A stretch of 64,000 nucleotides of DNA from Candidatus Brocadiia bacterium (lineage in GTDB: Bacteria; Planctomycetota; Brocadiia; SM23-32): positions 40,568 to 104,567 of the forward strand of contig JBKHIT010000010.1 of assembly GCA_046538485.1 (NCBI GenBank), in the 5' to 3' direction. The position numbers were made by a program, and so were the translations under genes. Under the pieces are notes generated by a model. It ran no database searches. It saw only the letters and a program-made list of their open reading frames with translations, and was not told where the DNA came from. The first letter of the stretch is position 1. Every line of letters starts with the position of its first letter. Below are positions 1 to 11,172 of this stretch, one piece after another.

Positions 1-185
1 CCTTCTCGGACATAGCCTGGATGACAGTCCGCAACGGGGAAGGCGTTTGGTCATCCTCAGCACCGTGCAGAGCGACAACTCCCGAAAGCCACCCCACCAG
101 AAAAATGGCTGCATAAAGGGACAAACAACCCCTCACAAAGCCCAGGAAGGGTAAAAATCCGGGATTCCTCTCTTTTATTCCCATT

Positions 186-215
186 TTGACACCTCGAAGT
201 TTCCTCATGTACAAT
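186..215 (+). promoter_or_regulatory. Putative sigma70 promoter of ispH operon
   Basis: TTGACA (186-191), 18-bp spacer, TACAAT (210-215), upstream of ATG 252. Confidence 0.55.
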
Positions 216-251
216 TGTTGTGCTGAAAACAGAATATTGCAAAGGAAAAAC

Positions 252-2015
252 ATGCCTTCCGAGAAGATGGAGATAGTTCTCGCGGAGAACGCGGGGTTTT
301 GTATGGGCGTCCGTCGGGCCTTGAATCTCACGCTCGAAGCCGCGAATGATCCGCAGAATCCCCGTCCGATCGCCACCCACGGTCCTCTCATCCACAATCG
401 TCAGGTGCTCAAAGTCCTTGAAGAAAAAGGAGTAAAAATACTCGATGGCAAAGCTCAAAAAGCGGGGACAGTCGTGATTCGAGCCCACGGGATCTCCCCT
501 GGCGAAAAAGAAAAACTAAAAGAACGCGCCGAAAAAGTTATTGATGCTACTTGCCCTCGCGTGCGCAATGTTCAGAAAATCGCCGCGAAATACAGTGATC
601 AGGGCTATCAATGCGTTATTGTGGGTGACCGTGGTCACGCGGAAGTTGAAGGTGTGCTGAGCTACACCGGGGACAGCGGATTTGTCGTAAGCGACCCCAA
701 CCAGGTGGAAAATTTGCCCGAATTGGAACGCGTGGTTGTTGTTGCGCAAACGACCCAGGATGAACAGCTGTTTGAGCGCACCGTCGAACGCATGAACGCT
801 CGTTACGATGATTGCCTCGTTTTTAACACGATCTGTCGGGCCACTCACAGACGACAGTCGGAAGCGAAAGAACTGGCTGGTCTCGTCGATTCCATGATCG
901 TTGTTGGAGGTTACAACAGCGCCAATACCTGCCGGCTCGCCCAGATATGCGCCGCCACCGGAGCCACAACGTACCATGTGGAAACAGATGAAGAACTGCC
1001 GATTGAAAAGCTCCTCTTCTGCCAGCGGATCGGTATAACGGCGGGCGCATCGACACCAAACTGGATGATCCGACGCGTAATTCAACGTATAAAAACGGCC
1101 GATGAGCGGCGGCGTCGATCGTTTCGCTATCTGCTCCGTGAGATTTTGGCCATTCCGGTTTGGACAAATCTTCTGGTTGGGGGCGGTGCCTCGGCCGTAA
1201 CCTTCATGAATGCAAGACTGATGAAGCTTCCAAAACAGAGTACCGGCGTGTGTATGGCGCTCGCATTTTTCTTCGTACTCTCTCAGCACCTTTTCAACCA
1301 GTACGCCCGCGGAGACACCGTGCATCGTTATCTAAGCGAACCCGGACGGGGCCTGTTTTTCCGGGCCAACTCCCGGACATTGGTTGCCTTCGGCGCGGCC
1401 TCTGGCGCGCTTGCCCTTTTTCTATCCATCCTGCTCGGATGGGCCGCCTTCGCCGTTGTCCTTCTCGGGACAGCAGGAGGGCTGCTTTATTGTCTTCCGG
1501 CGGGATCACGTCCGTACGCCTTTCTTGGGCTCCGTGCACTGCAACGCTTCCCCGGATCAAAAGAAGTATTCGTAGGACTGGCGTGGGCTTTCACAACCGC
1601 TCTCGTTCCCGTCCTTGCCGTGAGAGCCATGCCTCTGGGATGGCCCGGACTTGCCGTCGCGGGTGTTTTCACGTTCACACTGGCATTCCAAAGAGCATTA
1701 CTTACAGATCTTCGCGACGTGGAAGGAGACCAGCTCGTCGGTCGAGAAACACTCGGCGTGGTTTTGGGGGAACGCTCCTGCCGGATATTACTTTCCGCAA
1801 TTCCCCCTTTTCAAGCACTCCTGCTGTTTGCTGCAGGCATTCTCAACTGGACACCACCGGTCGCTTATGTTATGCTTTTCGTGGCGGCCTACGGGGGCCT
1901 CAGTTTCCAGCTCTTCCGCAGGGGTAAGCTGCCCCGCGCTGAACTGGGCGAGGCACTCATTGACACAAAGTTCTACCTTTGCGGGCTTCTCGCTTTCCTC
2001 CATCCCGTCTGGTAA
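252..2015 (+). CDS. ispH: 4-hydroxy-3-methylbut-2-enyl diphosphate reductase fused to a C-terminal UbiA-like prenyltransferase membrane domain
   Basis: IspH motifs AGFCMGVRRA, LIHN, RAHG, DATCP, GHAEV, TICRAT, GITAGASTP. C-terminal ~290 aa is multi-TM with DLRDVEGD..GRETL Asp-rich motif. Start moved to ATG 252 after AAGGA. Confidence 0.9.
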   Translation: MPSEKMEIVLAENAGFCMGVRRALNLTLEAANDPQNPRPIATHGPLIHNRQVLKVLEEKGVKILDGKAQKAGTVVIRAHGISPGEKEKLKERAEKVIDATCPRVRNVQKIAAKYSDQGYQCVIVGDRGHAEVEGVLSYTGDSGFVVSDPNQVENLPELERVVVVAQTTQDEQLFERTVERMNARYDDCLVFNTICRATHRRQSEAKELAGLVDSMIVVGGYNSANTCRLAQICAATGATTYHVETDEELPIEKLLFCQRIGITAGASTPNWMIRRVIQRIKTADERRRRSFRYLLREILAIPVWTNLLVGGGASAVTFMNARLMKLPKQSTGVCMALAFFFVLSQHLFNQYARGDTVHRYLSEPGRGLFFRANSRTLVAFGAASGALALFLSILLGWAAFAVVLLGTAGGLLYCLPAGSRPYAFLGLRALQRFPGSKEVFVGLAWAFTTALVPVLAVRAMPLGWPGLAVAGVFTFTLAFQRALLTDLRDVEGDQLVGRETLGVVLGERSCRILLSAIPPFQALLLFAAGILNWTPPVAYVMLFVAAYGGLSFQLFRRGKLPRAELGEALIDTKFYLCGLLAFLHPVW

Positions 2016-2069
2016 GTTCGCTTGAACAACAGGCGGTAAAACATCTTTTTTGGAAAGGTTATTCGGCCC

Positions 2070-2525
2070 ATGAAAATCGCTATTGGAGCCGATCACCGAG
2101 GCGTAAAATACAAAAACATGGTCAAAAAGATCCTGCAACAGCAAGGACACCACGTAAATGATTTCGGTACGGATTCTGAAGTTTCAACTGATTATCCCGA
2201 CCATGCGTGTCCGGTCGCCTGTGCAGTAGCCGAGGGGGAAGTCGACCGAGGTGTGTTGATATGCGCCAGCGGAATCGGCATGTCGATCGCAGCCAACCGT
2301 TTTAAAGGTGTTCGTGGCACGCTCTGCCTGTCAGAAAAAATGGCTGAGACCGCGCGAACTCACAACAACTCCAATTTGCTCTGCCTTGCGCAAGATCTCA
2401 TCGACGAAAGGACGGTCCGCAAAATTGTCGATACATGGCTGACCACTGATTTTGAAGGCGGACGCCACGAGCGACGCCTCATTAAAGTCGATGAGCTTTG
2501 CGGGGAAGTGATCCGAAAGGACTGA
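2070..2525 (+). CDS. rpiB: Ribose-5-phosphate isomerase B
   Basis: IAIGADHRG, DYPD, ICASGIGMSIAANR, HNNSN, FEGGRHERR motifs. Confidence 0.95.
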   Translation: MKIAIGADHRGVKYKNMVKKILQQQGHHVNDFGTDSEVSTDYPDHACPVACAVAEGEVDRGVLICASGIGMSIAANRFKGVRGTLCLSEKMAETARTHNNSNLLCLAQDLIDERTVRKIVDTWLTTDFEGGRHERRLIKVDELCGEVIRKD

Positions 2526-2561
2526 CCTCCCGCCGGCGTCTGCGAACAATAAAAACCTAAA

Positions 2562-3560
2562 ATGGAAAACCTAAACCAGCAGGAACAACTCACTGATACC
2601 GAATTGGCCGAGAAAGTAGTGAATGAGCTTGAACAAGTGAGAACCCAGATCGGGAAGGTGATCGTTGGACAGGAAAGCGTGATCGAGCTCCTGATGATCT
2701 CGCTCCTCTGCCGGGGGCACTCCCTTTTCGTAGGGGTACCTGGTCTTGCGAAAACGCTGCTCGTCAGTACTCTTTCACAGGTGCTGGATCTGAGTTTCAG
2801 CCGTATTCAATTTACTCCGGACCTCATGCCAGCCGATATCACCGGAACCGACGTGCTGGAACGCGATCCGGCCACAGGTGACAGATTTTTCAAATTTATC
2901 AAAGGACCGATCTTTGCCAATATTATCCTGGCCGACGAGATCAACCGTACCCCACCTAAAACCCAGGCGGCGTTGCTGGAATCAATGCAGGAATACAAGG
3001 TAACAGCGGGCGGGGAAACTTATGAGCTGGAGCCCCCTTTTCATGTTTTCGCCACCCAAAATCCGATCGAACAAGAGGGAACTTATCCCCTTCCTGAAGC
3101 TCAGCTCGACCGTTTTATGTTCCAGATAGATGTCGATTACCCGAGCGAAGAGGAAGAGATCCAAATCGTCAAGACAACAACTGTCTCCCGCATTCCCGAC
3201 CTCGACCCCGTTATCGAACCGGAGACAATACTTCAGATACAGGATCTGGTTGAAAAGGTCCCCGCCAGTGACAGCGTTGTTCGCCATGCCGTTCAGATCG
3301 TCAAAAATTCTCGTCCCCAATCCAGCGATCCCACCGAAAAAGTGCACCAGATGGTCAACTGGGGCGCCGGTCCCCGGGCCTCCCAATATCTCATCCTGGG
3401 GGCCAAAGCGCGCGCACTAATTCACGGACGTTACGCGGCCAGCAAAGAAGATGTAAATGCCCTTGCCGTTCCGGTCCTTAAACACCGTATTATCACAAAT
3501 TTCAGGGCCGAAGCAGAAGGTATTGGGGCCGCCGATATCATCAACGAACTTGCCCGTTGA
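2562..3560 (+). CDS. MoxR-family AAA+ ATPase
   Basis: GVPGLAKT Walker A, RIQFTPDLMPADITG, LADEINRTPPKTQAALLE, ATQNPIEQEGTYPLPEAQLDRF. Confidence 0.95.
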   Translation: MENLNQQEQLTDTELAEKVVNELEQVRTQIGKVIVGQESVIELLMISLLCRGHSLFVGVPGLAKTLLVSTLSQVLDLSFSRIQFTPDLMPADITGTDVLERDPATGDRFFKFIKGPIFANIILADEINRTPPKTQAALLESMQEYKVTAGGETYELEPPFHVFATQNPIEQEGTYPLPEAQLDRFMFQIDVDYPSEEEEIQIVKTTTVSRIPDLDPVIEPETILQIQDLVEKVPASDSVVRHAVQIVKNSRPQSSDPTEKVHQMVNWGAGPRASQYLILGAKARALIHGRYAASKEDVNALAVPVLKHRIITNFRAEAEGIGAADIINELAR

Positions 3561-3619
3561 GCCGGGGCCTTGGCATTCCGCATTTCAACTCAATGGATAA
3601 GGTCGGCCGGCACAGTCTA

Positions 3620-3722
3620 TAGCCCGGATTTTACGGATAATTGGAAGGCATTCTTGCCCAATCAGGGTAGAATCTTTATTGAACACCGTTCATAACCCTT
3701 CTCAGCCAAAAATCCGGGCCAG
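3620..3722. repeat. ~105-bp MITE-like element with terminal inverted repeats (copy 1)
   Basis: GCCCGGATTTT...AAAATCCGGGC ends; inverted homologous copy at 38472-38576. Confidence 0.7.
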
Positions 3723-3821
3723 CATAAAACCCTCAGGCAGTTTTTGAAACGAGATAACTCCGACGCAAAAATCGCCCTGCCCAGGAGCTTATTGTCGACC
3801 TTACCTCAAGCGTCCAAAAGA

Positions 3822-5297
3822 TCATCGGCCTCGAATGTAAAGAAACTTAGCATGGCCGGTTCTTTGAGAAAGCACGCGCAACAATGCGCCTTTTTGGGGA
3901 GTGGTCTTGGCCACGAGTTTCTGAAACTCCGCCACGCTTCGCACGGGTTTTCTCTGGATGCTCAGGATAACATCGCCGGCTTCGAGCGCGCGGGCAGGCC
4001 CGGCCTCCTCGACTTCAGCAATCACCACTCCGTGCAGATCCTCACGGCCGTAGGCTTCCTTAACCTCTTCAGTAACGGGCTTAACCTTAATGCCAAGCCA
4101 GTTATCCTGCGCTGTCTCCTCATACCGGGATAACCTGGCAACTTCAATAGTAATGGTCTTGTGTTCCCCTTCTCGCCATACTTTGACCTTAACCTTCTGA
4201 CCCGGTTCGGTGGCTGCCACAAAGCGACGTAAGTGGCTGAAATCCTTAACGGTTTCCCCATTCCACCCCACAATAATATCCCCCGCTTTCAGGCCAGCCT
4301 TCTGAGCCGGCGTATCGTCGAACACCTCGTTAACAAGCGCTCCAGTATTGCCTTTATAGTCAAACTGTTCGGCCAATTCCGGCGTGAGGGAATCCCCGAT
4401 GATGCCCAGGAAACCTCGCTCGACTTTTCGCCCCGCCATAAGGTCCTTGAGAATCGACTTGGCCATATTGACAGGGATTGCAAGCCCTATTCCCATATAG
4501 CCGCCGGTGCGGCTGACAATCGCCGTGTTAATGCCAACGATTTCCCCCTGCAGATTCACCAACGGTCCTCCGCTGTTACCGGGATTGATTGCCGCATCGG
4601 TCTGGATCATATTCTCGTATTTAGCAATCCCGATGCCGCGCCCCTTTGCGCTCACAATGCCGGCACTGACGCTGTGGCTGAGGCCGAGGGGATTCCCGAT
4701 CGCAATCACCCATTCGCCAACATGGAGCTTTTCGGAATCGCCCAGTTCGGCGACGGGAAGATTTTTGACTTTATCGCCCTGCAGTTTAATTACAGCCAGT
4801 TCGGTATCTGGATCCGCACCAGCCAACTTGGCTTTGAAGGTTCGCCCATCGGCCAGTTTAACTTCCAATTTGTCGGCGCCTTCCACCACATGGTTATTGG
4901 TAAGAATGTAACCTTCCGAATCAAAAATAACCCCCGAACCGAGTCCGCGTTTGCGGTATTCACGTTCCTGTGGTCCAAAAAAATCACGGAATTCGGGGCC
5001 GAAAAAACGACGGAACATAGGATCGTCCTGCCCGAAACCGGGCGTGCGATATTTAATAATTTTTTCAGCCTGAATCCAGACAACTGACGGCTGGACTTTC
5101 CGGGCTGTATAGCGGAACAACTGACTGAATTTTCGGGCGAATTCCCGTAACTCTTTAACCTCTTTTTCCGGGAGGACATCTTCCTGTTGAGCCGGAGCAG
5201 AACTGGCAGATTGTGGTGTCCGAAAAATGCCTCCGAGAGCCAAACCAAATGCAAGCACGATACTGATCAAAATCGCCACACCAAGATTCCTTCTCAT
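3822..5297 (-). CDS. degP: DegP/HtrA (Do) serine protease with two PDZ domains
   Basis: [32 protein letters not shown]-terminal anchor, PDZ motifs. Confidence 0.92.
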   Translation of the reverse strand: MRRNLGVAILISIVLAFGLALGGIFRTPQSASSAPAQQEDVLPEKEVKELREFARKFSQLFRYTARKVQPSVVWIQAEKIIKYRTPGFGQDDPMFRRFFGPEFRDFFGPQEREYRKRGLGSGVIFDSEGYILTNNHVVEGADKLEVKLADGRTFKAKLAGADPDTELAVIKLQGDKVKNLPVAELGDSEKLHVGEWVIAIGNPLGLSHSVSAGIVSAKGRGIGIAKYENMIQTDAAINPGNSGGPLVNLQGEIVGINTAIVSRTGGYMGIGLAIPVNMAKSILKDLMAGRKVERGFLGIIGDSLTPELAEQFDYKGNTGALVNEVFDDTPAQKAGLKAGDIIVGWNGETVKDFSHLRRFVAATEPGQKVKVKVWREGEHKTITIEVARLSRYEETAQDNWLGIKVKPVTEEVKEAYGREDLHGVVIAEVEEAGPARALEAGDVILSIQRKPVRSVAEFQKLVAKTTPQKGALLRVLSQRTGHAKFLYIRGR

Positions 5298-5475
5298 CGC
5301 AAGTCTCCCTCACAAAAACGAACATTTTGATGGGTTATCGTCGATTCATGTCAAAAGCTTGAATAGTTCCTTCGCAAGGAAAGAGATCTCATATTTTAAC
5401 CCATGAACCACCGGCCTGTAAAGCCGACTTAAGCCGCCAGCCGCCGGAATTTATCAGGATTTCTCTCTTTACTCG

Positions 5476-6516
5476 TTATTCCTGGCCTTCCTCGCCGGTG
5501 CCCTCGTCCAAAACTTCGTCGCTTTTCTCCGCCGCGTTTGATGATGCTTCTTGCTGTTTTTCTGAAACGGGATCTTCATTTTCGCCCGGCTCCTGCTGAT
5601 CCCCTTCCATAGTTTCTTTGGCGCCTTCAGGCTTTTCGCCAATGGTCGACGTCCGACTTCTCCGACGATGAACCTTCCTTGGTGGTCGGTTCAGAATTTT
5701 ATTCATAACAATCAAGACGACGACAACAATAACCCCAAAAGCAATATAGGTAAGCCAGGGCGGGAATTTCTCCGCCAGCTTGGTAGTCGCCGGAACATGG
5801 TGTTTATACCGAACGCCACCGGTGATTGTTCGAGCCACGATAAGCGGATCGATTTGCCTCTTCCCCCCAACGCTTTTATAGCGGGTCAATTTGTAAAAGA
5901 CACCGGTCAAGACAGCCTCCTGGCGGTCCGCAAGCTTCTCGGGTTTTCCCAAACAAATAAAAGTATATGAACGGTTGAATCTATCGTGTATCTGTCCTTC
6001 CCAGAGAAAATCAATACCCAGCTTTGAAAATTCGCCACTTTCATTTTTTTCCACCCGTCGGAGCGTGCCGCGCACCTCACAGACCCGCCCTCTGATCTGT
6101 TCTCGTCGTTTCTCCGTGGCAAAATCTTCGAATTCGATGCTTCGATCGACCATCGCTTCCAGCTCTTCCTGAGTTTTCTCCTGCAGAACCTTCAGAACCT
6201 GAGCCATAATCCCTTGATCGACCCCCGTAGCCCCATCGATAGGTGGGGCTCCGTGGCGGTCCGGGTAAAGGACTATCGGTGAAATAAGCTGTGAGGGATG
6301 ATCCTCGGCCTCAAACGCCATTGGCTGGGAAAGTTCATTGGCAGGAACATTCTGAGGGACAGAAATAGAAGTGACACGCCCCCCCCCGAGGACAAACTTA
6401 TAGATAAAAACCGCCAGCAAAATAAGACCGGCAGCCACAATAATAATCATAATGTGACGGACTTTACGATTGAAACTGCGATTTTCATTTTCCAGCTTCT
6501 GCCGCAACTTATCCAT
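5476..6516 (-). CDS. Hypothetical membrane protein (two TM helices, acidic C-terminal tail)
   Basis: Long ORF, GGAGGA RBS before ATG 6516, two hydrophobic segments. Confidence 0.75.
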   Translation of the reverse strand: MDKLRQKLENENRSFNRKVRHIMIIIVAAGLILLAVFIYKFVLGGGRVTSISVPQNVPANELSQPMAFEAEDHPSQLISPIVLYPDRHGAPPIDGATGVDQGIMAQVLKVLQEKTQEELEAMVDRSIEFEDFATEKRREQIRGRVCEVRGTLRRVEKNESGEFSKLGIDFLWEGQIHDRFNRSYTFICLGKPEKLADRQEAVLTGVFYKLTRYKSVGGKRQIDPLIVARTITGGVRYKHHVPATTKLAEKFPPWLTYIAFGVIVVVVLIVMNKILNRPPRKVHRRRSRTSTIGEKPEGAKETMEGDQQEPGENEDPVSEKQQEASSNAAEKSDEVLDEGTGEEGQE

Positions 6517-6684
6517 TCGAATATCCTCCAAATAATCCCCGCTTCAATCGCGGGACTCGGGTCTCCACAGTTTCACTATACCGGATCGCGCCACAAAGGC
6601 CAAAGGGCGGAAACATACAAACTGTTTCAAAATCCTCTTCGCGTGGGCCCCGTCCCCAACAACAACCCAAGAGGGCCAAGAACC

Positions 6685-6712
6685 TTGAAAGGCTTAAAAA
6701 TACAAGTATAAT
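6685..6712 (+). promoter_or_regulatory. Putative sigma70 promoter of TPR gene
   Basis: TTGAAA-16 bp-TATAAT upstream of ATG 6833. Confidence 0.55.
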
Positions 6713-6832
6713 AAAGGCGAAGATACGATTGTCTTTTTCTACGTGAGTATTGAAATACTGACTCGCGATCTTCTCTGGAAACCAATCTCTGAAAATATGC
6801 AGCCAAAAAAATAAGATTCAGGAGGGATTCAA

Positions 6833-9800
6833 ATGCGTCACCCTTCGCGGTTGATGTTGGTCATCATCGTGGCGGCCGGTTTCTTTTTGCCGAGCATTGC
6901 CCGAGCAGGCAGCGGGACAGATCAGCCTCACCCTGAGCTTCTATTTGCACTGGAGCTGGAACGAATGGGGTACGGCGATTTCGCTGTAGATCAGCTCGTA
7001 CGGACCCGGACGCGGGAGTTTGTCCCAAAACTGGTGAGAATAAAAGCCTCAAAATGGTTGGGGGAAATCTGTAAAAATCTGGCCGAAAAAGCCGAGCAAC
7101 AGGGACGATTTCCAGACAAGAAAGATTATCACGAAAAGGCAATAAAGTGGTATGGTAAATACCTCAGTGAACATCAAGCTTACCTCAAAAACAACAATCA
7201 GGAACAGACAACAAAACACCGAGAAGAATACGCTCTCGTCCGCTACGAGCGGGGGACCATCGGGGCGGATCTCGGCGGTGACGCTATCAAAAGCATGAAA
7301 GGCACCACCGATGAAGAAGAAAAACTGCAGTACAAAAGCGAGGCGATCGACTATTTCGGACAGGCTGTAGAGGACCTGAAAAAGGGCAAAGATTATCTCG
7401 TAAAATGGCGGAAACAGATCGATGAGGGGGCGAAAAGCGACGCCCAGAAAGAACTCCTTCACCAGATCCGTCAAAAAGCAGGCCGAGCCCAGATGCAATA
7501 CGGGCAAGCGCTCTATGAATATGCCCGGTTGTGGGAAGGCGAAAAGAAAAAGAAAGAGCATGACAAAAAGTTAAAAGAGGCCATCGAGGTTTTTAAAAGT
7601 GTAGCTGATTACTACCGGTTGTTTGCAATCCGTTACAAGGCCTATCGGCAGATGGGATTGAGCTATTGTGAACTCGGCGACTTCAAAAAATCCGTCGAAT
7701 ACCTCAATAAAGCTCTCAGCGTATCGGAAATCCCCGACACGATTTGGATTATCCGCCTCGCCCTTTTCAATCTGGCTCAGACATATAACGCCTGGGGCAA
7801 ACAGGTCAAAGAAACCAAAAAAAACAAACCAGGCGAGTGGGGGGAAAAATACAGCAAAGCCGATATTGCCTGTGCCAGTGGTATCCAAAAAATAAATAAA
7901 GACATCTGGCAAAAAGAAGTGCAGGGAACCGGAACACGAGATCTTCGAGATATGCTCTTTGCTTTTTGGCTCGAAAAAGGCACTGCCAATGTGGGCCATT
8001 CCCTGTACATGCTCACAAAAGCCGAAGACGCGAAAAAGAAAAAAAGAAAAGTCCTCTACAAAAAATATCAGGATCAAGCAAAACGAGAATTCCGGTGGGC
8101 CGTGGAAAAAGCAATGGAAGTTTCAAAAACCAGAGGTACCCGCTGGTCCCGGAATGCAGAAGTAAAATACGACAAATGGCTCGAAATGAGCAAGACGTTC
8201 TTCCCGCCCGACGGTATAAAAATCCGTCCCAACATCCATACCTACATGGCTGAAGGCCGACGGTTGTTCGAAAACGAAAAGTACATGGAATGTATTCCGA
8301 AATTCCAGGAAGCCATTAAAAGAGGTAGCGCAGCTTACTATAAGACCCTTTTACCGGAAGCCTGGTACCAGATGGGGGTCGCTTATTACAACCTCTCAAA
8401 ACCGGCACACACCGGCGGACAATACACCTACTACTACGAAGCAGGTTTGTGTTTCGACCATATTGTGGACAAATACGAAAAAGCCAACTTCGCCTCCGAC
8501 GCTGCCTACTACGGCGCCCAAATATACGGAGCAATCTATAAAAACACCCGTGAGAAAGTCTCCAAAGGTTACCTGCAAAAAACGAAAGAGATGACCGAGC
8601 AACTGGCTGATGATGCCTTACGTTACGACGGTGTCCGTTACTACCGTGCGTTGCATAATTTTATTGACAAATTCCCGGATGATCCACGCAGGAACCGTAC
8701 GAGGTTCCAGGTCGCAGAACTCGCAAGAACACTTGAAAACTACCGGGAAGCCAGCACGATGTATGCAAAAATTAAGAAAGAACACCCTAAGTTCTACGAA
8801 GCCCGGTATCGGGCCGGACTGTGTCTCTATCTGCAATCCCTCAAAAGCTACGAAGAAACTGTCAATCCTCGTAAAGAAGACCGGCGAGAAACGCTGAAAC
8901 AAGAAATACGAAAAAAGAGAGAAAAGCTCTCGCCGGAAGATCTCCAGAAAGCTGTCGAAGAAAAACTCAAGAAATTGCCCGAGATCAAACTGAAAGATGT
9001 GGAAGCAGAAAAACTGGGCGAACTAATGGACCGGGCAGTCACCCGCTATCAAGATTTCATTGCCTGGTTCGATAATAACAAAACCAGACTCGGGGTCGAA
9101 GGGCTCCAGACGGCTAACAAATGGGTCGCGCGGACAAAAGTTTCGCTGGGCAAGCTGCTCATTCACAAAGTTTGGGGCTTGACCCACGATGCCAAAAAAG
9201 GCGCCGAACAGGCTCTGGAAGTCCTGCAGGATGTCCGGAGTAAACATTTCGAAGGGGCCGGGCGGGACAAACTCCGGGAAGATTACCTGCCCAAAGCCTA
9301 TATGGTTATTATTCAAGCCTACCGTCGACTCGACAAACTCGGTGGTGCCGAAAAATTCGTGGACGGATTAGTCAAAGAAGCCAGAGACAACCCGGGAAAC
9401 GACAATCTTAAGAAAATTGCTTCACAGGCGTGTAGCCTGCTTGGGTATGCCTATCTGCAAAGGCGAAAAGACTACGAGAAAGAGGGACCAACAGGCATCA
9501 AAATACGGGACGCTGCCGAGAAAGCAGGAACATTCCTCCAGAAAGCCCTCACACTCGATCCCGAACAGGATATAACTGTCTACCGCGACACGGCTTCACA
9601 GCTGTACCAACTTGAAGAATACAAACATGCCGTGAGACTCCTCGAAGAAGGACTCAACCAGTATAAAATCGACGAAGACAAAGGCCCCACCGGAGCACAA
9701 CAAGACGTCCTGGTATTGCTGGAAGATTGTTATCTACAAATGGAAGACTGGTTTAAGGTTGAAGAAAAGGCCAAAGAGCTCCTCGAAATTGAAAAAGCAA

Positions 9801-10315
9801 AAAACGAAAAACGCGAAGCAGCAGGGGAACCTCTCCTGCGAAATGTGGACTTCCGCTATGATCTCGCTTTCGCCCTTGAGAACCAAGAAAACTACGACGA
9901 AGCCGTCGAGTGGTGGCGCGAAGTAAAAACCATCGCTAAAAATATGGAAGGCGCCGAAGGGGAAAAAATAAAATTCCAGTCCACTACGCATCTGGCAAAA
10001 TCTTATGCCGCGGGAGGTAGAATCGATAGAGGTTACAAAATACTTGCCTGGTATCTGATCGCTTCCGCAGAATGGCTCAGCCATACGGACTGGAAGAATG
10101 AAATCGAACGACTCTTCGACCTGTACTTCCCAGATAAATACGGGAAACTTAAGGAATACACATTCAATAAAATCAGAGCCGACAAGAAACTCTTGCTGCG
10201 TAAAGACAGCAGAAAAATCATCGATCAATTGGTTAATGACCACTGGCCAGAAGAGAAAAAGACAATCGAACAGTGGCGTAAAGAAGTCGGCGGAGAATTG
10301 GGGACCGGCGAATAA
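6833..10315 (+). CDS. Large secreted tetratricopeptide-repeat protein
   Basis: Signal peptide; repeated TPR-like helices (AYRQMGLSYCELGDFKKSVEYLNKAL, AWYQMGVAYY, ARYRAGLCLY); AGGAGG RBS. Confidence 0.85.
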   Translation: MRHPSRLMLVIIVAAGFFLPSIARAGSGTDQPHPELLFALELERMGYGDFAVDQLVRTRTREFVPKLVRIKASKWLGEICKNLAEKAEQQGRFPDKKDYHEKAIKWYGKYLSEHQAYLKNNNQEQTTKHREEYALVRYERGTIGADLGGDAIKSMKGTTDEEEKLQYKSEAIDYFGQAVEDLKKGKDYLVKWRKQIDEGAKSDAQKELLHQIRQKAGRAQMQYGQALYEYARLWEGEKKKKEHDKKLKEAIEVFKSVADYYRLFAIRYKAYRQMGLSYCELGDFKKSVEYLNKALSVSEIPDTIWIIRLALFNLAQTYNAWGKQVKETKKNKPGEWGEKYSKADIACASGIQKINKDIWQKEVQGTGTRDLRDMLFAFWLEKGTANVGHSLYMLTKAEDAKKKKRKVLYKKYQDQAKREFRWAVEKAMEVSKTRGTRWSRNAEVKYDKWLEMSKTFFPPDGIKIRPNIHTYMAEGRRLFENEKYMECIPKFQEAIKRGSAAYYKTLLPEAWYQMGVAYYNLSKPAHTGGQYTYYYEAGLCFDHIVDKYEKANFASDAAYYGAQIYGAIYKNTREKVSKGYLQKTKEMTEQLADDALRYDGVRYYRALHNFIDKFPDDPRRNRTRFQVAELARTLENYREASTMYAKIKKEHPKFYEARYRAGLCLYLQSLKSYEETVNPRKEDRRETLKQEIRKKREKLSPEDLQKAVEEKLKKLPEIKLKDVEAEKLGELMDRAVTRYQDFIAWFDNNKTRLGVEGLQTANKWVARTKVSLGKLLIHKVWGLTHDAKKGAEQALEVLQDVRSKHFEGAGRDKLREDYLPKAYMVIIQAYRRLDKLGGAEKFVDGLVKEARDNPGNDNLKKIASQACSLLGYAYLQRRKDYEKEGPTGIKIRDAAEKAGTFLQKALTLDPEQDITVYRDTASQLYQLEEYKHAVRLLEEGLNQYKIDEDKGPTGAQQDVLVLLEDCYLQMEDWFKVEEKAKELLEIEKAKNEKREAAGEPLLRNVDFRYDLAFALENQENYDEAVEWWREVKTIAKNMEGAEGEKIKFQSTTHLAKSYAAGGRIDRGYKILAWYLIASAEWLSHTDWKNEIERLFDLYFPDKYGKLKEYTFNKIRADKKLLLRKDSRKIIDQLVNDHWPEEKKTIEQWRKEVGGELGTGE

Positions 10316-10332
10316 GCCAGGAGCAATAAATT

Positions 10333-11172
10333 ATGGACCGTTTCCCGCGAACAACCGTCGGCGGCGTCTCACTCCCTCGACTCATTTGTGGCAGCAACTG
10401 GTTTCTCGGGTTCTCCCACACCAGCCAGGCAAAAAACCGTTTCATAAAAGAACTGTTCGACACCTCGGACAAAATCGCCGACCTGCTCGAGGTCTTCGCG
10501 CGACATGGCTGCAACGCCGTCATGGCCGGCCCCGTCCAAATGCTGTCGGACGCGATTGAAAAGGTCGAACAACGCACCGGTGAACCGTTCATCTACATCT
10601 GCACCCCCAGTTACAAAGACATGTCCGACCCTGACACGTGGAAACCAGCCGTCGAAGAAACCAAAAAGATGAACGCCACATTCTGCTTTCCCCACCAGTG
10701 TGTCACCGACCCACGCCTCGACCGGGTCAACAAAAGTCTATCCCCCCAGCTCGAAGAACACCTCCAGTTCGTTCGCGAAATGGAGATGATCCCCGGACTC
10801 AGCACCCATAGCCCCGAAGCTATCGTCTGCTCCGACCAGAGCGGAGCCGACGTCGAATCGTACGTCCAACCCTACAACGCCGCCGGGTTCCTCTGTCAGG
10901 TCGAAACCGACTGGGTGCAGGAAATAATTCAAAATGCGGAAAAACCGGTCATGACCATCAAACCGCTCGCCGCCGGACGCCTGCTCCCGCCGACCGGCCT
11001 GAGTTTCGTCTGGAATACAATTAGAGACTGCGATATGGTCACAGTCGGCACCCTCAATGAATATGAGGCCGAGGAAGATATCGAAATCAGCCTGGCATGC
11101 CTGGAAAAACGAAAGGCCAGCGTTGAACTCCAAACCACCCGAAGCAAAAAATCCATCCAGAAAGACCAATGA
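10333..11172 (+). CDS. Hypothetical protein, aldo/keto-reductase-like fold
   Basis: PRLICGSN N-terminus, GLSTH, TIKPLAAGRL resemble AKR-like barrels; AGGAG RBS. Confidence 0.65.
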   Translation: MDRFPRTTVGGVSLPRLICGSNWFLGFSHTSQAKNRFIKELFDTSDKIADLLEVFARHGCNAVMAGPVQMLSDAIEKVEQRTGEPFIYICTPSYKDMSDPDTWKPAVEETKKMNATFCFPHQCVTDPRLDRVNKSLSPQLEEHLQFVREMEMIPGLSTHSPEAIVCSDQSGADVESYVQPYNAAGFLCQVETDWVQEIIQNAEKPVMTIKPLAAGRLLPPTGLSFVWNTIRDCDMVTVGTLNEYEAEEDIEISLACLEKRKASVELQTTRSKKSIQKDQ

